The notes under the pieces: model-generated
Databases searched by the model: none
What the model was told of the DNA's origin: nothing
The model's input: the letters and a program-made list of their open reading frames with translations, nothing else
Shown: positions 1 to 12,221 of the stretch, piece after piece
Layout: each line of letters begins with the position of its first letter
Position numbering within the stretch: position 1 is the first letter of the stretch
Assembly (NCBI GenBank): GCA_026023565.1
Contig: JAPETS010000008.1
Location: forward strand, 744,001 to 808,000
Source of the DNA: Cirrosporium novae-zelandiae
Lineage: Eukaryota
DNA: 64,000 bases
Reading direction: 5' to 3'
Made by a program: the position numbers and the translations under genes

Positions 1-504
1 AGTCTTAATCTAGCCGAGGTCCGCCGGCTAACAATGATGGATGCATTAAGGCTTACTTATTCCATTATAGCTTTAGCAAAAATCTCTGGCGGCACTGTTA
101 CACAACCATTTGATAGCGCCCAGCTTCAGAAGAGTGCAAATTTTACGTACTATCTAGATGCTCTCATCCTTCGCATGACCAATCTTGTCGACCCAGCTGT
201 AAAAATGGGCGATCTACCAAAAGATATCTTCTGGCGTTTGAAATCAATATTCGAGCTAACAAAGCTTAAATATGAGCAGCAGTTGCTTGGTGGGGGTAGC
301 AGCTCTTCGTTATTGACCGCTGATGGGCAGCCTCATCCAAAGGACTTTTCTCCCTTTCAGCTTGTCCGTAAAGGGGAGGATGGTCTTTCTTCGGACGACG
401 AGAACTTGCCAGACTTTCTGTCGTGCTCAACTGATGCCTTCTGGTCAGAATTCCTAGCTGGCTGGCCGACGTCATTGGATGGATTTGTTTCTCAAAGTGG
501 ATAA
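1..504 (+). CDS. 3' end of a probable fungal-specific (Zn2Cys6-type) transcription factor; 5' part lies outside the window
   Basis: Frame 1 is open from base 1 (SLNLAEVRR...) to TAA at 504. A helical LRLTYSIIALAK segment and an acidic/aromatic tail (DAFWSEFLAGWP) resemble Zn-cluster TF C-termini. No DNA-binding domain is visible. Confidence 0.5.
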   Translation, partial: SLNLAEVRRLTMMDALRLTYSIIALAKISGGTVTQPFDSAQLQKSANFTYYLDALILRMTNLVDPAVKMGDLPKDIFWRLKSIFELTKLKYEQQLLGGGSSSSLLTADGQPHPKDFSPFQLVRKGEDGLSSDDENLPDFLSCSTDAFWSEFLAGWPTSLDGFVSQSG

Positions 505-1314
505 ATGTCTCGACATTAATAATACAATTCATGGTCCTAGGAAATTATTCGACTCTAATGGAAAAATGAAATGTTGGGAAGATCATCAACTGCCGGCTAA
601 TTGGCTTGTGTGGTTGAATATGTGGTTTAATGCCATAAATTCACGTTCGGGGCTTTAATGCATTACATTCGATATCAACTTGAAAATTGGAATTGCACCG
701 CGGAGGCTACTTGGTGGTTGTATTTCTATTAACTTTGCTAATGTCTCCGGGTAGCAATTCCCAAGCGGTTGAAGAACAGCTTTTGCAGTACAAGGTACTC
801 GGCTCGTGAGATCGGAGCAATTAGACTTGGTATGGTTCTAAAGCAGACAAGACGATTGCTTCATGAACGTGCAGCCTTGGATCCTTTATGAACTAAACCA
901 TTATCCAGATTTCTTGTGATGTTCTTCAAGCTGATGTCCACTGCCATTATCAGCGATGCTCCCCAATGGATTCTGTCGTGCTAATATTGCGCAATTATAA
1001 CAATCTAAACCTGGCATTGGAATCGGTTTGCATGAAAGAATATTCGTGCGGCTTGAGATGTGAAGCAAAAGAGGATATGATGTACAGGTAAAAGGTGCTT
1101 CTAGACGCGACATGTCCAAGCGAGGAGCACGCGTTCTCCCTACATCTATGTCATACTTCGGTACAACATCTCCTTGCTTAAAGACCTGATTCTTACTAGT
1201 CACCAATAAAGCAAGGTATTCGTACTTGTTCGTATTGTGTTAGATCTGTCCATATATTCAAGTTCATCATTCCCCGTTTCTGCTATTCTAATTTTCCACG
1301 ACATTTCTATTAGT

Positions 1315-3594
1315 ATGTATCATCATAATCTTCTATCAACAGTGTCCCTCCAATTGAACACTGCGCCTTCATCCACTACTCTTCCCTCCAAACCCTTCAA
1401 TAGCATCTACAATCCGCCTGATCCCCAGCAAAAATTATGGTCTTCTGCAACTACAGACCAAATATTCAGTGGTCCCAAACTACGACGCAGTTTGCGACGG
1501 CCTACTCGATCGCCATCCTTTTTGTCTAGACAGCGGAAGGGGGGAGTATATAAGTGCGAAGTGGTGGAAGGTTGCAAGAGCTCACCTAATTTGCCCTCTT
1601 CTCCCTTCCGCTCAGTCAAGTGTATGAAGGAACCATTTTCCTTCTTGCTTTCTTCTGCCTCTGCCTCATCGCGACCAGAGACTAATGATTTTGAAGTGAG
1701 GGAAGATAGTACTCCGGCTACAACTGATCATCCATTTGATGGCGTTTGTCATACTCTAGAACCTTTTGAGCTATCCCAAATGAACTTGGGACATCGAACA
1801 ATCAATCGTTCTATTTCTTCCACACATCTAGGTATGTACAGTGGTAAGCTGGACTCTTTAGATATCCATCGACCCGTGGAGTTTGATGGAAAAGGAAGGA
1901 AGCCAAGGCGTTCACAATCCTCATTTGAGCTATTCTACGACGAGCTAGATATCGTTGCCTCTTATGAAGAATACTCCCGACAACTTGAGCAATGCAATGG
2001 AACGCCTAACGCCTTGTCCTCTGAATTTATGAATAGTCCAAATATTCGTTCATCTTTTATGCCTTCGTTGCAGACACAGACGACCCAGCGATCCAACGAA
2101 GACAATTCATCTAAATACCACCTAGAACCATCCCCAAACTTTTGCAACGAGGACTTGTGGCTTTCTAGAACAGCAAATACCGACTCCTGGCTCGATAAAG
2201 GACCTTTTCCAGGAATTGATTCAATTGTAGATGTCACCCCCTCTGAAGAAGTGATATCGTCATGGCAATCTCTCGAAGATGACAACGAAGCTACCAAATT
2301 AAGAAGATCCAATTCTAAGCGTGATGGGCTACTGGTATGTAACCATTCCCTACCATTTCCTTTTCCCACATGATAGACAGTATCTTACTAATAATTATTT
2401 CCTTATATGCAGGTCGTAGAATTTGATCCAGAGCAGGGCTACGCAACAGCAATCTGTCCTAAAAAGCCCAAGCTGGTCACAATCTCGCGTCCTTCATCGG
2501 TCCTATTACTCCCGCAATCATCCAACAGGATATCCGATGATGAACTGGACCATTACTGTCATTCTAGTCCTAATCCGAGGCCTCATACCCCAGTACAACG
2601 ACACTCACAAACATTCATCGAAAAATCAAACTTCAGTCCCGAAACCCCGTCGGACACAACAAGCGAACAGTTGCGAATCTCGTTGACAAGCTCATCAAAA
2701 CATCGAAGTTCCTTAAGGGCAGATAATATAGATATATCACGACTGTCACAAGACATATCAGCAGCAGCAGTAATGACACCTCCCTCCTCTCCATTACAAC
2801 CCCCACCACCAAACACCCTTACTCCTCAAAAAGCGAAAGCAAATGTAAAGGCAACATACAGCTGGCTACCTCCCATCAACACTTCGCCATTGAGCACATT
2901 ATCTCCATCCTACAACACATCTCCAACCAGAACCCCAGCATCAACAAGCCCCCAAGACGTCGAACTCGAAACCATCCTTGCAGGCCTAGAAATAACGATC
3001 CGCCGTTTCCCACTCACGATGCTCCAGCCAGACTCAGCCGTCATAACCCAAATCCGAAACCAACAATGCAAAGACAAAGACAAAATGAGAATCAAATCCC
3101 CGCCTCCAACTCCAACACGATCGAGATCAAAACGACTACGTCGCTACACCAACACTAGCAGCAGCTCCCCAGATAAACAACAAAAAGAAAACTCAACCCA
3201 AAACTCCCGCCTCTCAGAAACCCAACTAAGACCCCTCCGGACTCTATTTCCAAACACAAGCGATTTTCTACGCATAACGTTATACGCCACCATGTTCGCG
3301 CAAAACTATCTTGCTTCCTTGTCAACAACAACACCAATCTCTTCCTCTTCTAACATCTACACCCCCACCCCTTTACCCCCCTCAAACTCTACATCCGCAA
3401 CAAAAAACCAAATACCAAACATACAACAACATCAACCAAACCAATCTCTGCAACCCCGAATTCAAAATGCTAGATCCGGGCTCAAGGATATCGGAGACAG
3501 ATTACTCGAAGCGATATGCGGACGTGGGAAGGGCGATGAGGTTTTGGGAAGGGCAGTGGGGGTTTTGGTTGGGGTTATTGAGGATGGTCTTTGA
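1315..3594 (+). CDS. Ser/Pro/Thr-rich hypothetical protein, 2 exons (1315-2334, 2413-3594)
   Basis: Two long same-frame ORFs are joined by a phase-0 intron 2335-2412 (GTATGT...CTAAT...GCAG) that removes the TGA at 2371. The C-terminal segment RRFPLTMLQPDSAVITQIR...LRTLFP looks conserved. The start is uncertain. Confidence 0.7.
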
Positions 3595-5651
3595 TTTGAT
3601 GTGAGTTCGTTTTAGTTTTGTATGGGGAAAAGGAGATGGGGATGGGGAAGGAAAGTGAAAAAGTCCAAGAATTGATTATTATTATTATTTTTTTAGTTTT
3701 TTTTGGTTTGCTTGTTTGTTTCATTAAAAAGTTATTGTTGGTTAGATTATTCTTATTATTGCTCAGCATAGAATAGATATAAACAAATCCCCCAGAAAAA
3801 AAATCTAAAGGTAAATGGTTCCTTCTGTAATTAGTCATGAACCCTCCCCTTCCTCCCAAACATCTCGTCTCGTCTCGTTATCAATCAGTCAATCAGTCAA
3901 TCAGTCGGTTAGCAGTAGCAGCTTCGAACCTCCCTCCCCTTCGTCTTCCAAGTCAAACTCACACACTCCCTCGTTTCTCTTATATACTCATAATTATTAT
4001 TATAATTATGATGGAGGGATAGCTAGATGGGGGGTTTAGACAACACACACACCTGCCCCCTTTAAATATAAACTCTTCGTCGACATATTTTTTTTTTGTT
4101 TTTTTATTTTTAAATATTCATTCGAGTGTTTATAATATAAAATCGTCCAGACACCGCGCGAAGAGCTCGGTATTCGGGAACTCGGAACTCGCTTTCATTT
4201 TCTATCCGTAGACTTTTTCAATTAGTCTACCCGAACGCGGATTAATTGATTGTACCGAGTAGTTCTAATTGGTTACCACCGGGGATTGGGGGGGTTTATA
4301 TCCGCGGATTTTATTCGATGTTCGGTATTCGGGGTTTGTTTGTTTGTTATTTATCTGTTATCGTATTTATCGTATTATCTGCGTGGACTAGATTGTCCCC
4401 ACCTCTCCCCGCTGCCTTATAGCTAGCTTGTTCCTACTCGTATGCATGCACATATGTAGATATAAGTGTTATACCGGCTTATACCTTACCTTTGGGAGTT
4501 TTGTCTGAACCTCTCTCTCTCTCTTTCTCTCTCCCTTTTAGTCCTTTGAGTAGGGTTTGGTGTTTATAGGAAGGTGGAGAGATAGGGGGAGAGGGAAAGG
4601 GAGGGTAATGGGATGTAAGGAACTAACCAAATAACCAAGTAAACCAAACACTCCTATCCTACTCCCAGCAACGGTATATTTAAATATTACTCGGGAGCTG
4701 ATATGTATCTGGAATGCATTCTGTATAAAACTGCACTAAGTGGTTCTTGGAAGTTGATAGTTGTAGCTGTAGATATAGATACAAGTACTCAAGTTTGAGT
4801 ACAATGTGACGATTAGATATGCGGATATTGCACTGTTATTGGGTAGATTACAGTAGTGACTGACTGAGGCTGAAGCTGAAGATGGCGCCTTATTTGTTCG
4901 TTCGTTCGTTTGTGTTGGAGTGCAGCCGTCATCGTTGGAGTGCCTGTAACACAATCCAACACAAAACGCCAAGACAGACAAACCATAACTTTAAAAGAAC
5001 TCCAACTATCTCTTATCGCCGATTCTTAACCCCATACCCCCCCATTTATTAGACTACACAACAAACAAACCATCGAATCAATCAATCAATGCCCCTTTAA
5101 CTCCTAACTCCCCGTGGCCCTTCGTGTAGGATTTATAATTAATTGAAAGGTAGTCTACTGGTATCCTCGGAGCTCGGGGAAAAAGGAGTTAAATAATAAC
5201 AATAATGACAATAACAACAATGATAACAGTATAGCTTGTACGGTATGTGTATTGTGATATGTGGGATAGATAGATTAGATGGAAGGTAATGGAAGGAATC
5301 AAAGGAACTGTTTAGCTGGATATGCGATCATGCCATATAGTCACGTCATAGCGGAGGAGTTGAAAAATGGAGTTGTTCCTTTCCGTTGATGAGGAGGGCA
5401 TGGGGACTTAGCTTATTAGACTAAGGGGTGGGGGAACCTCTTTTTTTTATATAAAGAGGGGAGGTTGGATGTGTGTTTTTTTGTTTGGTACTTGAGTATC
5501 ACTATCAATCACTACAGCTGATATCGATATCGATATAACACCTAGCTTTTTATCTGATTACCTACCTACGAATCGATTGATCAACTATCGTCACTAACTC
5601 CCTCCCTCCTCCCTCTTCTCAAACAAAGAACACACAACCACTACCACCACT

Positions 5652-6548
5652 ATGAAAGTCTTCGTTACAGGCGCAACCGGCTTCATCGGCTCAGCCGTCG
5701 TGCAGGAGCTCCTCTCCGCCGGCCACCAAGTCCTCGGCCTCGCCCGTTCCGATGCCGCCGCAGCCTCCCTAACCGCGGCAGGCGCTACCCCACACCGAGG
5801 ATCCATCGACGACCTCGCAAGCCTGCAGAGCGGGGCGGCTGCCTCCGATGGGGTGATTCACCTAGCATTCATCCACGACTTCACGAACCTTGTGGAATCA
5901 TGCGAGAAGGACCGACGCGCTATCGAGGCGCTTGGGGAGGTGCTGGCGGGCACCGGGAAACCGTTTGTGGTCACCGTGGGCACCATGGGACTCGAGCAGG
6001 GGCGACTTGTTACGGAGGAGGATCTGACGGATCCGAATGGGGGGGGGATAGCAAGGATTGAGTCCGAGAGGACGACGTTGGCGCTGGCGAGTAAGGGGGT
6101 GCGTTCGTCTATCGTTAGGCTGCCGCCGTCTGTGCATGGAGAGGGGGATCATGGGTTTGCGCCCGTGTTGATCAATATTGCCCGTGCGAAAGGTGTGTCG
6201 GCGTATATTGGTGATGGTTCTAACCGCTGGCCTACCGTTCACCGGCTTGATGCTGCGCGTGTTTTCCGCCTGGCGTTGGAGTCGGCGCCCGCAGGATCAA
6301 AGCTTCATGCTGTTGCTGAGGAGGCTATACCGTTCCGCGATATTGCTACGGTTGTCGGACGACATCTCAACGTGCCGGTGGTTTCTAAGTCCAAGGATGA
6401 AGCTGCCGATCACTTTAGCTGGCTGGCATTTGTTATCCCAAAAGATAATCCAACGTCCAGTGCATTGACCCGCGAGCAGTTTGGCTGGAGTCCGGTCCAG
6501 CTGGGATTGCTACAGGATCTTGATCAGGAGTATTACTATAAATCTTAA
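5652..6548 (+). CDS. NAD-dependent epimerase/dehydratase (atypical SDR family)
   Basis: Intronless 298-aa ORF with Rossmann motif VFVTGATGFIG, plus DGVIHLAF, IVRLPPSVHG and WPTVHRLDAA. TATA-like TATATAAA at about 5448. Confidence 0.93.
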   Translation: MKVFVTGATGFIGSAVVQELLSAGHQVLGLARSDAAAASLTAAGATPHRGSIDDLASLQSGAAASDGVIHLAFIHDFTNLVESCEKDRRAIEALGEVLAGTGKPFVVTVGTMGLEQGRLVTEEDLTDPNGGGIARIESERTTLALASKGVRSSIVRLPPSVHGEGDHGFAPVLINIARAKGVSAYIGDGSNRWPTVHRLDAARVFRLALESAPAGSKLHAVAEEAIPFRDIATVVGRHLNVPVVSKSKDEAADHFSWLAFVIPKDNPTSSALTREQFGWSPVQLGLLQDLDQEYYYKS

Positions 6549-6835
6549 TTAATGGTTTGGAGATGGCCTGAAGTTGGGTCGGGTGGTAGGAGTCTGGCTT
6601 ATTTGGGATGGCTGTTGAAGCGACTGGGCGGCTATTCCCTGAAGAAATAGTAGAGGGAGGGGCAACATCTGTTTTGGATGCTTCTGAAGCTTTGATCGGG
6701 GCGGGAGAGCAGGACTAGGGTGTCACTTTAGGTACGCTGCATTAAATATGTGGTTTCGAGCAAGGATATATCGATGTTCTGGCATATTCAATGCTAAAAC
6801 TAGATAGTATAAATAATATTTTTATAGAACTAGTC

Positions 6836-7110
6836 CTAAGCACTTGCCGAGCATTTTCCTAAGGCACTACCTGAGGCTTTCACTGAGGCTTCCCCCAAAG
6901 CACTGACTGAGATTTGCATTGAATATTCCCCTAATAAGTGACCGAGGCTTATAGATGTTTCCCCTAGCACACCTAGCAACTGACTGAGGCACTGATTAAG
7001 GTTTATATTGAAGGGTTGACTGAACATTCACCGAGACACTGACCAAGGCTTATATTGAGGTTTATATTGAGGTTTCCCCAAAGCACTCATTAAGGTCTTT
7101 ATTTAGGTGC
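6836..7110. repeat. Degenerate array of short repeats (CACTGAYYRAGG / TTATATTGAGG / TTCCCCAAAGCACT modules)
   Basis: The modules recur several times, e.g. TTATATTGAGG in tandem at about 7050-7072 and TCCCC(C)AAAGCACT at about 6891 and about 7075. Confidence 0.5.
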
Positions 7111-7221
7111 GAGTCATGGGGAGGTAATTAGCACAAAGTCATATGTATTCGTGGCAATTTTGCATGCGAATCACTCGTACCCCTCCTCCGTGTTCTATTT
7201 AATTCCCCATCTTTTCCCGTT

Positions 7222-7270
7222 TTCTTCTTCTTCTTCTTCTTCTTCTTCTTCTTCTTCCTCATCATCTTCT
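7222..7270. repeat. (TCT)n microsatellite
   Basis: Direct reading. Confidence 0.9.
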
Positions 7271-7477
7271 AATTCTCTCCATTTTCTCTCACTCTTCGAA
7301 GTAATCTATTCATTTTCTACAAAAACTAATACATCGTTTGCTCACTAATTTACAATATTTCACTTTAGTTTAACCCCTCTTCACCTGCCTCTACTATCTG
7401 CTCTCCACTTCTAACATATTCCAAATCACACAATCAACCTTATACATTCCAAGACTACCTAGGGAGCTAATTTCAAG

Positions 7478-8737
7478 ATGTTTGCTGGTAATATGATTTC
7501 TCCGTTGTGTACTTTGGCCCTCCCCTTAACGTCGCTTAAATTCCGCCGTAAACGAGCTTCAACTAGAGATATCCTAGGATCTGAATATCAGGAGATTATC
7601 ACCGAGGTCCTCGCTTCGCCTAAACCTGAAAAGAACGCCCAGGATTACGATGGGAAACGACTAAGAGAAGGACTTAAATACGCAGATTCAATTCTCCGCA
7701 GTACCGAATGCAAGCTTTCCCCTCTCGATATGCGTGCAGTTCTTCTTTACAAAGATGCGGTGATAAATTTGTTGGATCTTGGAGAAAATGTGGACCCAGA
7801 ACAGGACGAAGAATTAGAAAACGCGAAGGAAGTATGGCTAACAATCGTCCGTATGCATGAGGAATCTGCCCGGGGCAAAGAATGTCTCATCCTCACAAAT
7901 TCTTCCGATTCCCAGACGTTGCAAGATGAGATTATCAAGCTACAACGTATCTCATTTTTCGCTAGATATGGGGATGTTTTCGTAGATGTTTGTCAAAAGC
8001 TTGGAACTAATGCCGAAGCTCAAAAGGTCCTTGGTTGGAGAGCCTTAACGGGGAGCTATTGGACAGAAATTAATACGAGGCTCATGACAGAGAAGGAAAC
8101 TTGGAAAGTTCTTGATGAAGAAGATGCACAATGCCCAGTCCACGCGGCAATATTCGATACTGGTCTTTCAGTAGATGAGATGGTTGAAATAGTACAGCTG
8201 TATGCAACAAAAAACCAAATCGTTGATGCCAACTTGGCGATACTTATCAAGAACGGCCAATTCGACGATTTAAAAAGGCGGCTTTACAACGACTTCTCCG
8301 ATTTGCCACGAGTTATTTCAGCTGTCGAAGGGGCCCAAGCACGGCTTTTTTCAACATTGCTGCAGACAATGATGGATAGTTGGTTTATGCCAAATAAAGA
8401 GGATCCAGATAACTTACAATTGTGGAAACCAACGAAAGAACTTGAGGCCTCTTTTACGGAACTACAGAATAAAGGAATTCAAGGCGACATCATCTATAAG
8501 AAAATGATGCAAAAGATCACGACCGACGTGGCCAAAAGATTGAAAGATGAAGCGCGAGAGCAAGGCCTGGTAGAGGAGTTGGAAACAACAAACCTTGGGC
8601 TTCCATCAAGTAATAAAAGGGGTAAGAAGCGTGGTGCATCGGCACAGCTCCAGGCGGAAGCTAAAAGGGCGAAAGGGATGATGTCAGATTGGAGGATATT
8701 GACGTTGATGACGGAAGGCGTCTATTACGAGGACTAG
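7478..8737 (+). CDS. Hypothetical alpha-helical protein (accessory fungal family)
   Basis: 419-aa uninterrupted ORF with globular composition and a basic NLS-like NKRGKKR near the C-terminus. No domain recognised; start and end uncertain. Confidence 0.65.
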   Translation: MFAGNMISPLCTLALPLTSLKFRRKRASTRDILGSEYQEIITEVLASPKPEKNAQDYDGKRLREGLKYADSILRSTECKLSPLDMRAVLLYKDAVINLLDLGENVDPEQDEELENAKEVWLTIVRMHEESARGKECLILTNSSDSQTLQDEIIKLQRISFFARYGDVFVDVCQKLGTNAEAQKVLGWRALTGSYWTEINTRLMTEKETWKVLDEEDAQCPVHAAIFDTGLSVDEMVEIVQLYATKNQIVDANLAILIKNGQFDDLKRRLYNDFSDLPRVISAVEGAQARLFSTLLQTMMDSWFMPNKEDPDNLQLWKPTKELEASFTELQNKGIQGDIIYKKMMQKITTDVAKRLKDEAREQGLVEELETTNLGLPSSNKRGKKRGASAQLQAEAKRAKGMMSDWRILTLMTEGVYYED

Positions 8738-9226
8738 GATACGGGCTCAGTGAGGCTTACATCTAGGTGTAACTTGGTGTGGATTCTATGATGAGATTAT
8801 TTATAAAACTAAAGTTATTCGAGGAAATGTTAAGTGCATTCATTAGATAGGTACTCTCGACGAGGTAAGAAATAAAAGCGACTAGACCCAAAGATAGAAC
8901 TAATTAGAATAGGAAAAAAGAGAAGAAGAAAATGAATTTATGAGTTCTCGGCGTGTGGGGTGCATTAATTAATTAATTACGGTAGCCTAAGCGGCACTTT
9001 AGGTATTACCTACGTATTATAAGTATATGAGGAATATAATAATGATGATGATGATAATGATTTTATTTGTTTTTTTTTCTTCTTCAAATATTTTTAATCG
9101 ATTTTTTTTTTCAACCAACTGATAAATAAATTGTGTTCGTATTTGAGAGAGATAGATGCATATATACAGTAGCACTACTGTAGACGGACATATTTGGCAA
9201 GACCAGCTTGAGCAGAAAGACCAGCT

Positions 9227-10168
9227 TTAAGCAGAATGCAGAACATCCCAAGCCACACGGACAGACTGACTCCTATCGGATTCTTCTTGGTCTTCAATAA
9301 AGTCAGAAGGACTCCTCCGGACCCTCCTTGCCACTTCCGCAAGGATCCCATCTAGCGTTATCCTTACCCCTCTCTTTTTTCTCTCATATTGGCGATACAC
9401 CAAATCCCTTTCCCCTGTATAGGTTTCCTCAAACTCCTCCTGGATCTGCGCCAGTTTTGATTCTGCTTTTCTGAACCTGTCTTGCAGCTGTTCTTCCGAA
9501 AGCTTGCGGAGGGCTCGGGGTGGGTATACCAGTATGATGTCACCGAGGTAGCGGTTGAGGGATCGGGTTTCGAGTCTGTCTTCGGATTGTTCTGCTCGAA
9601 ATTGGGAGCGGTTTGCATGTTCGGTTGAGCGTGCAAATTCGTTCCTTTCCATCCATGGCAGAAAGTCTTGGGTTTGGGTCTCCGGAGAGAAGGAGACGTG
9701 TTTTGCTGCTGCTGTCTGAGTCTGCGAAGAAAGGTTAGAACTTGAAGAAGCTTTATATGGAGAACGGGAACGAGAGCGCGTTCGTAGGGAAACTGGGGAT
9801 GAAGATGAAGAAGAAGAGGAAGAAGAGTAGGAAGAAGAGCTCTTGAAGAAAGAAGAGGAAGATGATTGACTTCTGGAAGAGACGGCTATTGGGCTTCTCG
9901 GTGGAGAATCATCGGTCATCTCCACATCTTCATCTTCTGTAGGAGAATCTGCAAGTTCCAAGTACACTCGGGGATATGCCCTGCGGGGCGCCCATTCGAG
10001 GCGAGCCTGTCTGACTCTAGATAAACGTTGGCTGGTTGTTTCGGTAGCAGCAGAAGAAGAGGGAGTACTTACCAGAGAAGCAGAGCTCGAGCGTCGCAGA
10101 ATGGAAGGGCCTGGATCGATGCGGGCTCGTTTAGCGGGACAAGGGTTTTTGGTCTGGGAAGGATCCAT
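9227..10168 (-). CDS. Ser/Arg-rich hypothetical protein with C-terminal coiled coil
   Basis: 313-aa ATG-started ORF with NLS-like PAKRAR and a coiled-coil-like LQDRFRKAESKLAQIQEEFEE segment. Confidence 0.65.
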   Translation of the reverse strand: MDPSQTKNPCPAKRARIDPGPSILRRSSSASLVSTPSSSAATETTSQRLSRVRQARLEWAPRRAYPRVYLELADSPTEDEDVEMTDDSPPRSPIAVSSRSQSSSSSFFKSSSSYSSSSSSSSSSPVSLRTRSRSRSPYKASSSSNLSSQTQTAAAKHVSFSPETQTQDFLPWMERNEFARSTEHANRSQFRAEQSEDRLETRSLNRYLGDIILVYPPRALRKLSEEQLQDRFRKAESKLAQIQEEFEETYTGERDLVYRQYERKKRGVRITLDGILAEVARRVRRSPSDFIEDQEESDRSQSVRVAWDVLHSA

Positions 10169-10916
10169 TTCTGCGGAAAGAATTTGGTGAGTTCGTTGAT
10201 GTTGATGGTTCGAGATCTGAATGAGATCGCTTTGGGGTCTAGGAATTTTCTGAGATATCCTAGTTAAGTCTGCGTTTTAGTTCAGACTACAGTTAGTTGG
10301 TTTGATGTTTGGATTCAATATGGGAGAGCTGTTGCGTTATATAGGAGATATCAGACAATGCTGCGACGACATGAGGTTGGACAATGGCATTGTAGCTTTG
10401 TCCATGAGTGACTGCTGCTTAAGACTGAACAAAGACATTTCTGCTCAAACAAAGACTCTTCAAAAAAGGAAGGAGGAAAGAAACTAAACAATGGCAATGC
10501 TTTTATGGCAGGATGTTCTTAGTAATCACTCATTAGCATTGAATATGGGCTTCGTAAAGCAGAGGTTGATGGAACGAAGCCCTCAATGAGAGAGCCCAAG
10601 CTTACCCCGAGTTGGCTATTAGGGCCCGGCCCTCGGTCTTTCATTTCAACATTCACCGCCTTAAGGTCTCCAATGGCCAGGATTCCAAACCCCATTGTTT
10701 GATTTGCTAGGGAAGTTAAAAAGACAAAATGCTGGAAATATTTTGTTGCTGCAGTATTCATTCTCCAAATGTAGTTACAAAATGCCGTTGTCAAGGGGTA
10801 TGCCCAGCCCTACCAACTTTAGTCGGACCATGTAGATATGTAGATGATAATCTGTCCCGTCGAGTCAATCAGATTCGACCACACATTTTGCATACTCAGA
10901 TAGACCCTTGATCCCT

Positions 10917-10957
10917 TCACCTCCACCTCTACCTCCACCTCCACCTCCACCTCCACC
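10917..10957. repeat. (CTCCAC)n hexanucleotide microsatellite
   Basis: Direct reading. Confidence 0.8.
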
Positions 10958-11381
10958 CGCCTAGTTTCATCTGTATAAACTTTTTCTTCATGCTTCGGGC
11001 ACCTCTCGAGAAAGCACCTCCCCCTGTGTGCTTGCAAATGTGATGAATGACCGGTACTTTGTTTGTCTCCACTCAATTGCGTGATAAGAAGTTCCTTTCC
11101 GATAATGAATGTGCCATAAGGCGCGATTGTCGCGCAACTCGGGCCTCAGTTTAGTAAAAGTCTACCGCATATTTGAAGCTCCAACTCGCCTTTCCTCTGT
11201 CAACATAGAATTTTTTTTTTCTCATAAAAAGTCTTCTGGTCTTGTGGCATCTTCTCTAAGTTGTGTCTAAACTAATCTTGAAGTCTTGGTGTCAGCTACG
11301 ACTTCTTCATATTCACAGAGGATTTTCTTTTCCCCTCATCTCCTCTCCTTCATTTTGTCAACATTTCCCTAGATTGATACT

Positions 11382-12221
11382 ATGTCTGCTGTATTTCCCT
11401 TTCTCACAGATAATCTGAACAAATTGGCGTCTCACACTCAGCAACAAAACGATGCCATCTCCCTGCTCGATCACAGTCTAGTCACTACAGACTTTGACGC
11501 CCTCAAGTTCTCCGCCGCTGCTTCCCAACAGCTCGCCCCAACATCAACGTCATATCCAGATTCAAAGCCCTCCCCCTACCTAATCTCCTCTCCCTACAAT
11601 TCGCCAGCCCATCTTCTCGACCTCCGAAGGCTCGACACCCCAAACCGTCTCCTAGCCAAAGCTCTCACAGCATTGAAGCCGATCCGACCGGACTATGCGA
11701 CAGCCAGCTACGAGAGCTCATTCAATTGGGAAGAAGTATTTAGCACACTAGCACAGCTTGCATCTACAGAGCAATATGCGTGGCAGGAACAAATCTTCTA
11801 CGTTGTCATCTTCCGATCACGACTTAAACCCACAATTGACCTTTCACGCCTCATGGAGCTTGATTCTAAGTCCCACGAAGAAGCCACAATAAGCGGTGGA
11901 TTACTAAAATACTGGTTCGGAAATGTAGATGACGAAAACCAAAACCTAGCCACTTGTAAGTGACCCTCCCTGGCTGGTGATTCATAATCACCCTAAATTT
12001 AAATTCGAGAGATTTACTGATAAATTCAATAATACTATATAGGCCACTGGAGAAGCAAAGAAGACGCCAGGCTGGGCGGTCTGGGTCCCTGGCACCTGAA
12101 AGCTCGACATGCTGCTCGGGAACTATACGCAAACATTACATTCACGATACAGAAACTAGTCATTTCGGATGGAATACAGAACTGGCGGTTCGAGAGTTGG
12201 GAGGACAACAATAAGTTGTGA
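11382..12221 (+). CDS. UPF0643-like conserved fungal protein, 2 exons (11382-11955, 12043-12221)
   Basis: Intron 11956-12042 (GTAAGT...CTGAT...TAG) gives FYVVIFRS...SHEEATISGGLLKYWFG...NLATC|HWRSKEDARLGGLGPWH, matching the family pattern. Confidence 0.85.

Noticed and set aside
5652..6548. Recent bacterial horizontal transfer of the intronless, GC-richer SDR gene
   Set aside because: This atypical SDR family is widespread in fungi and the gene has a TATA box and a fungal start context. It cannot be supported without a phylogeny.
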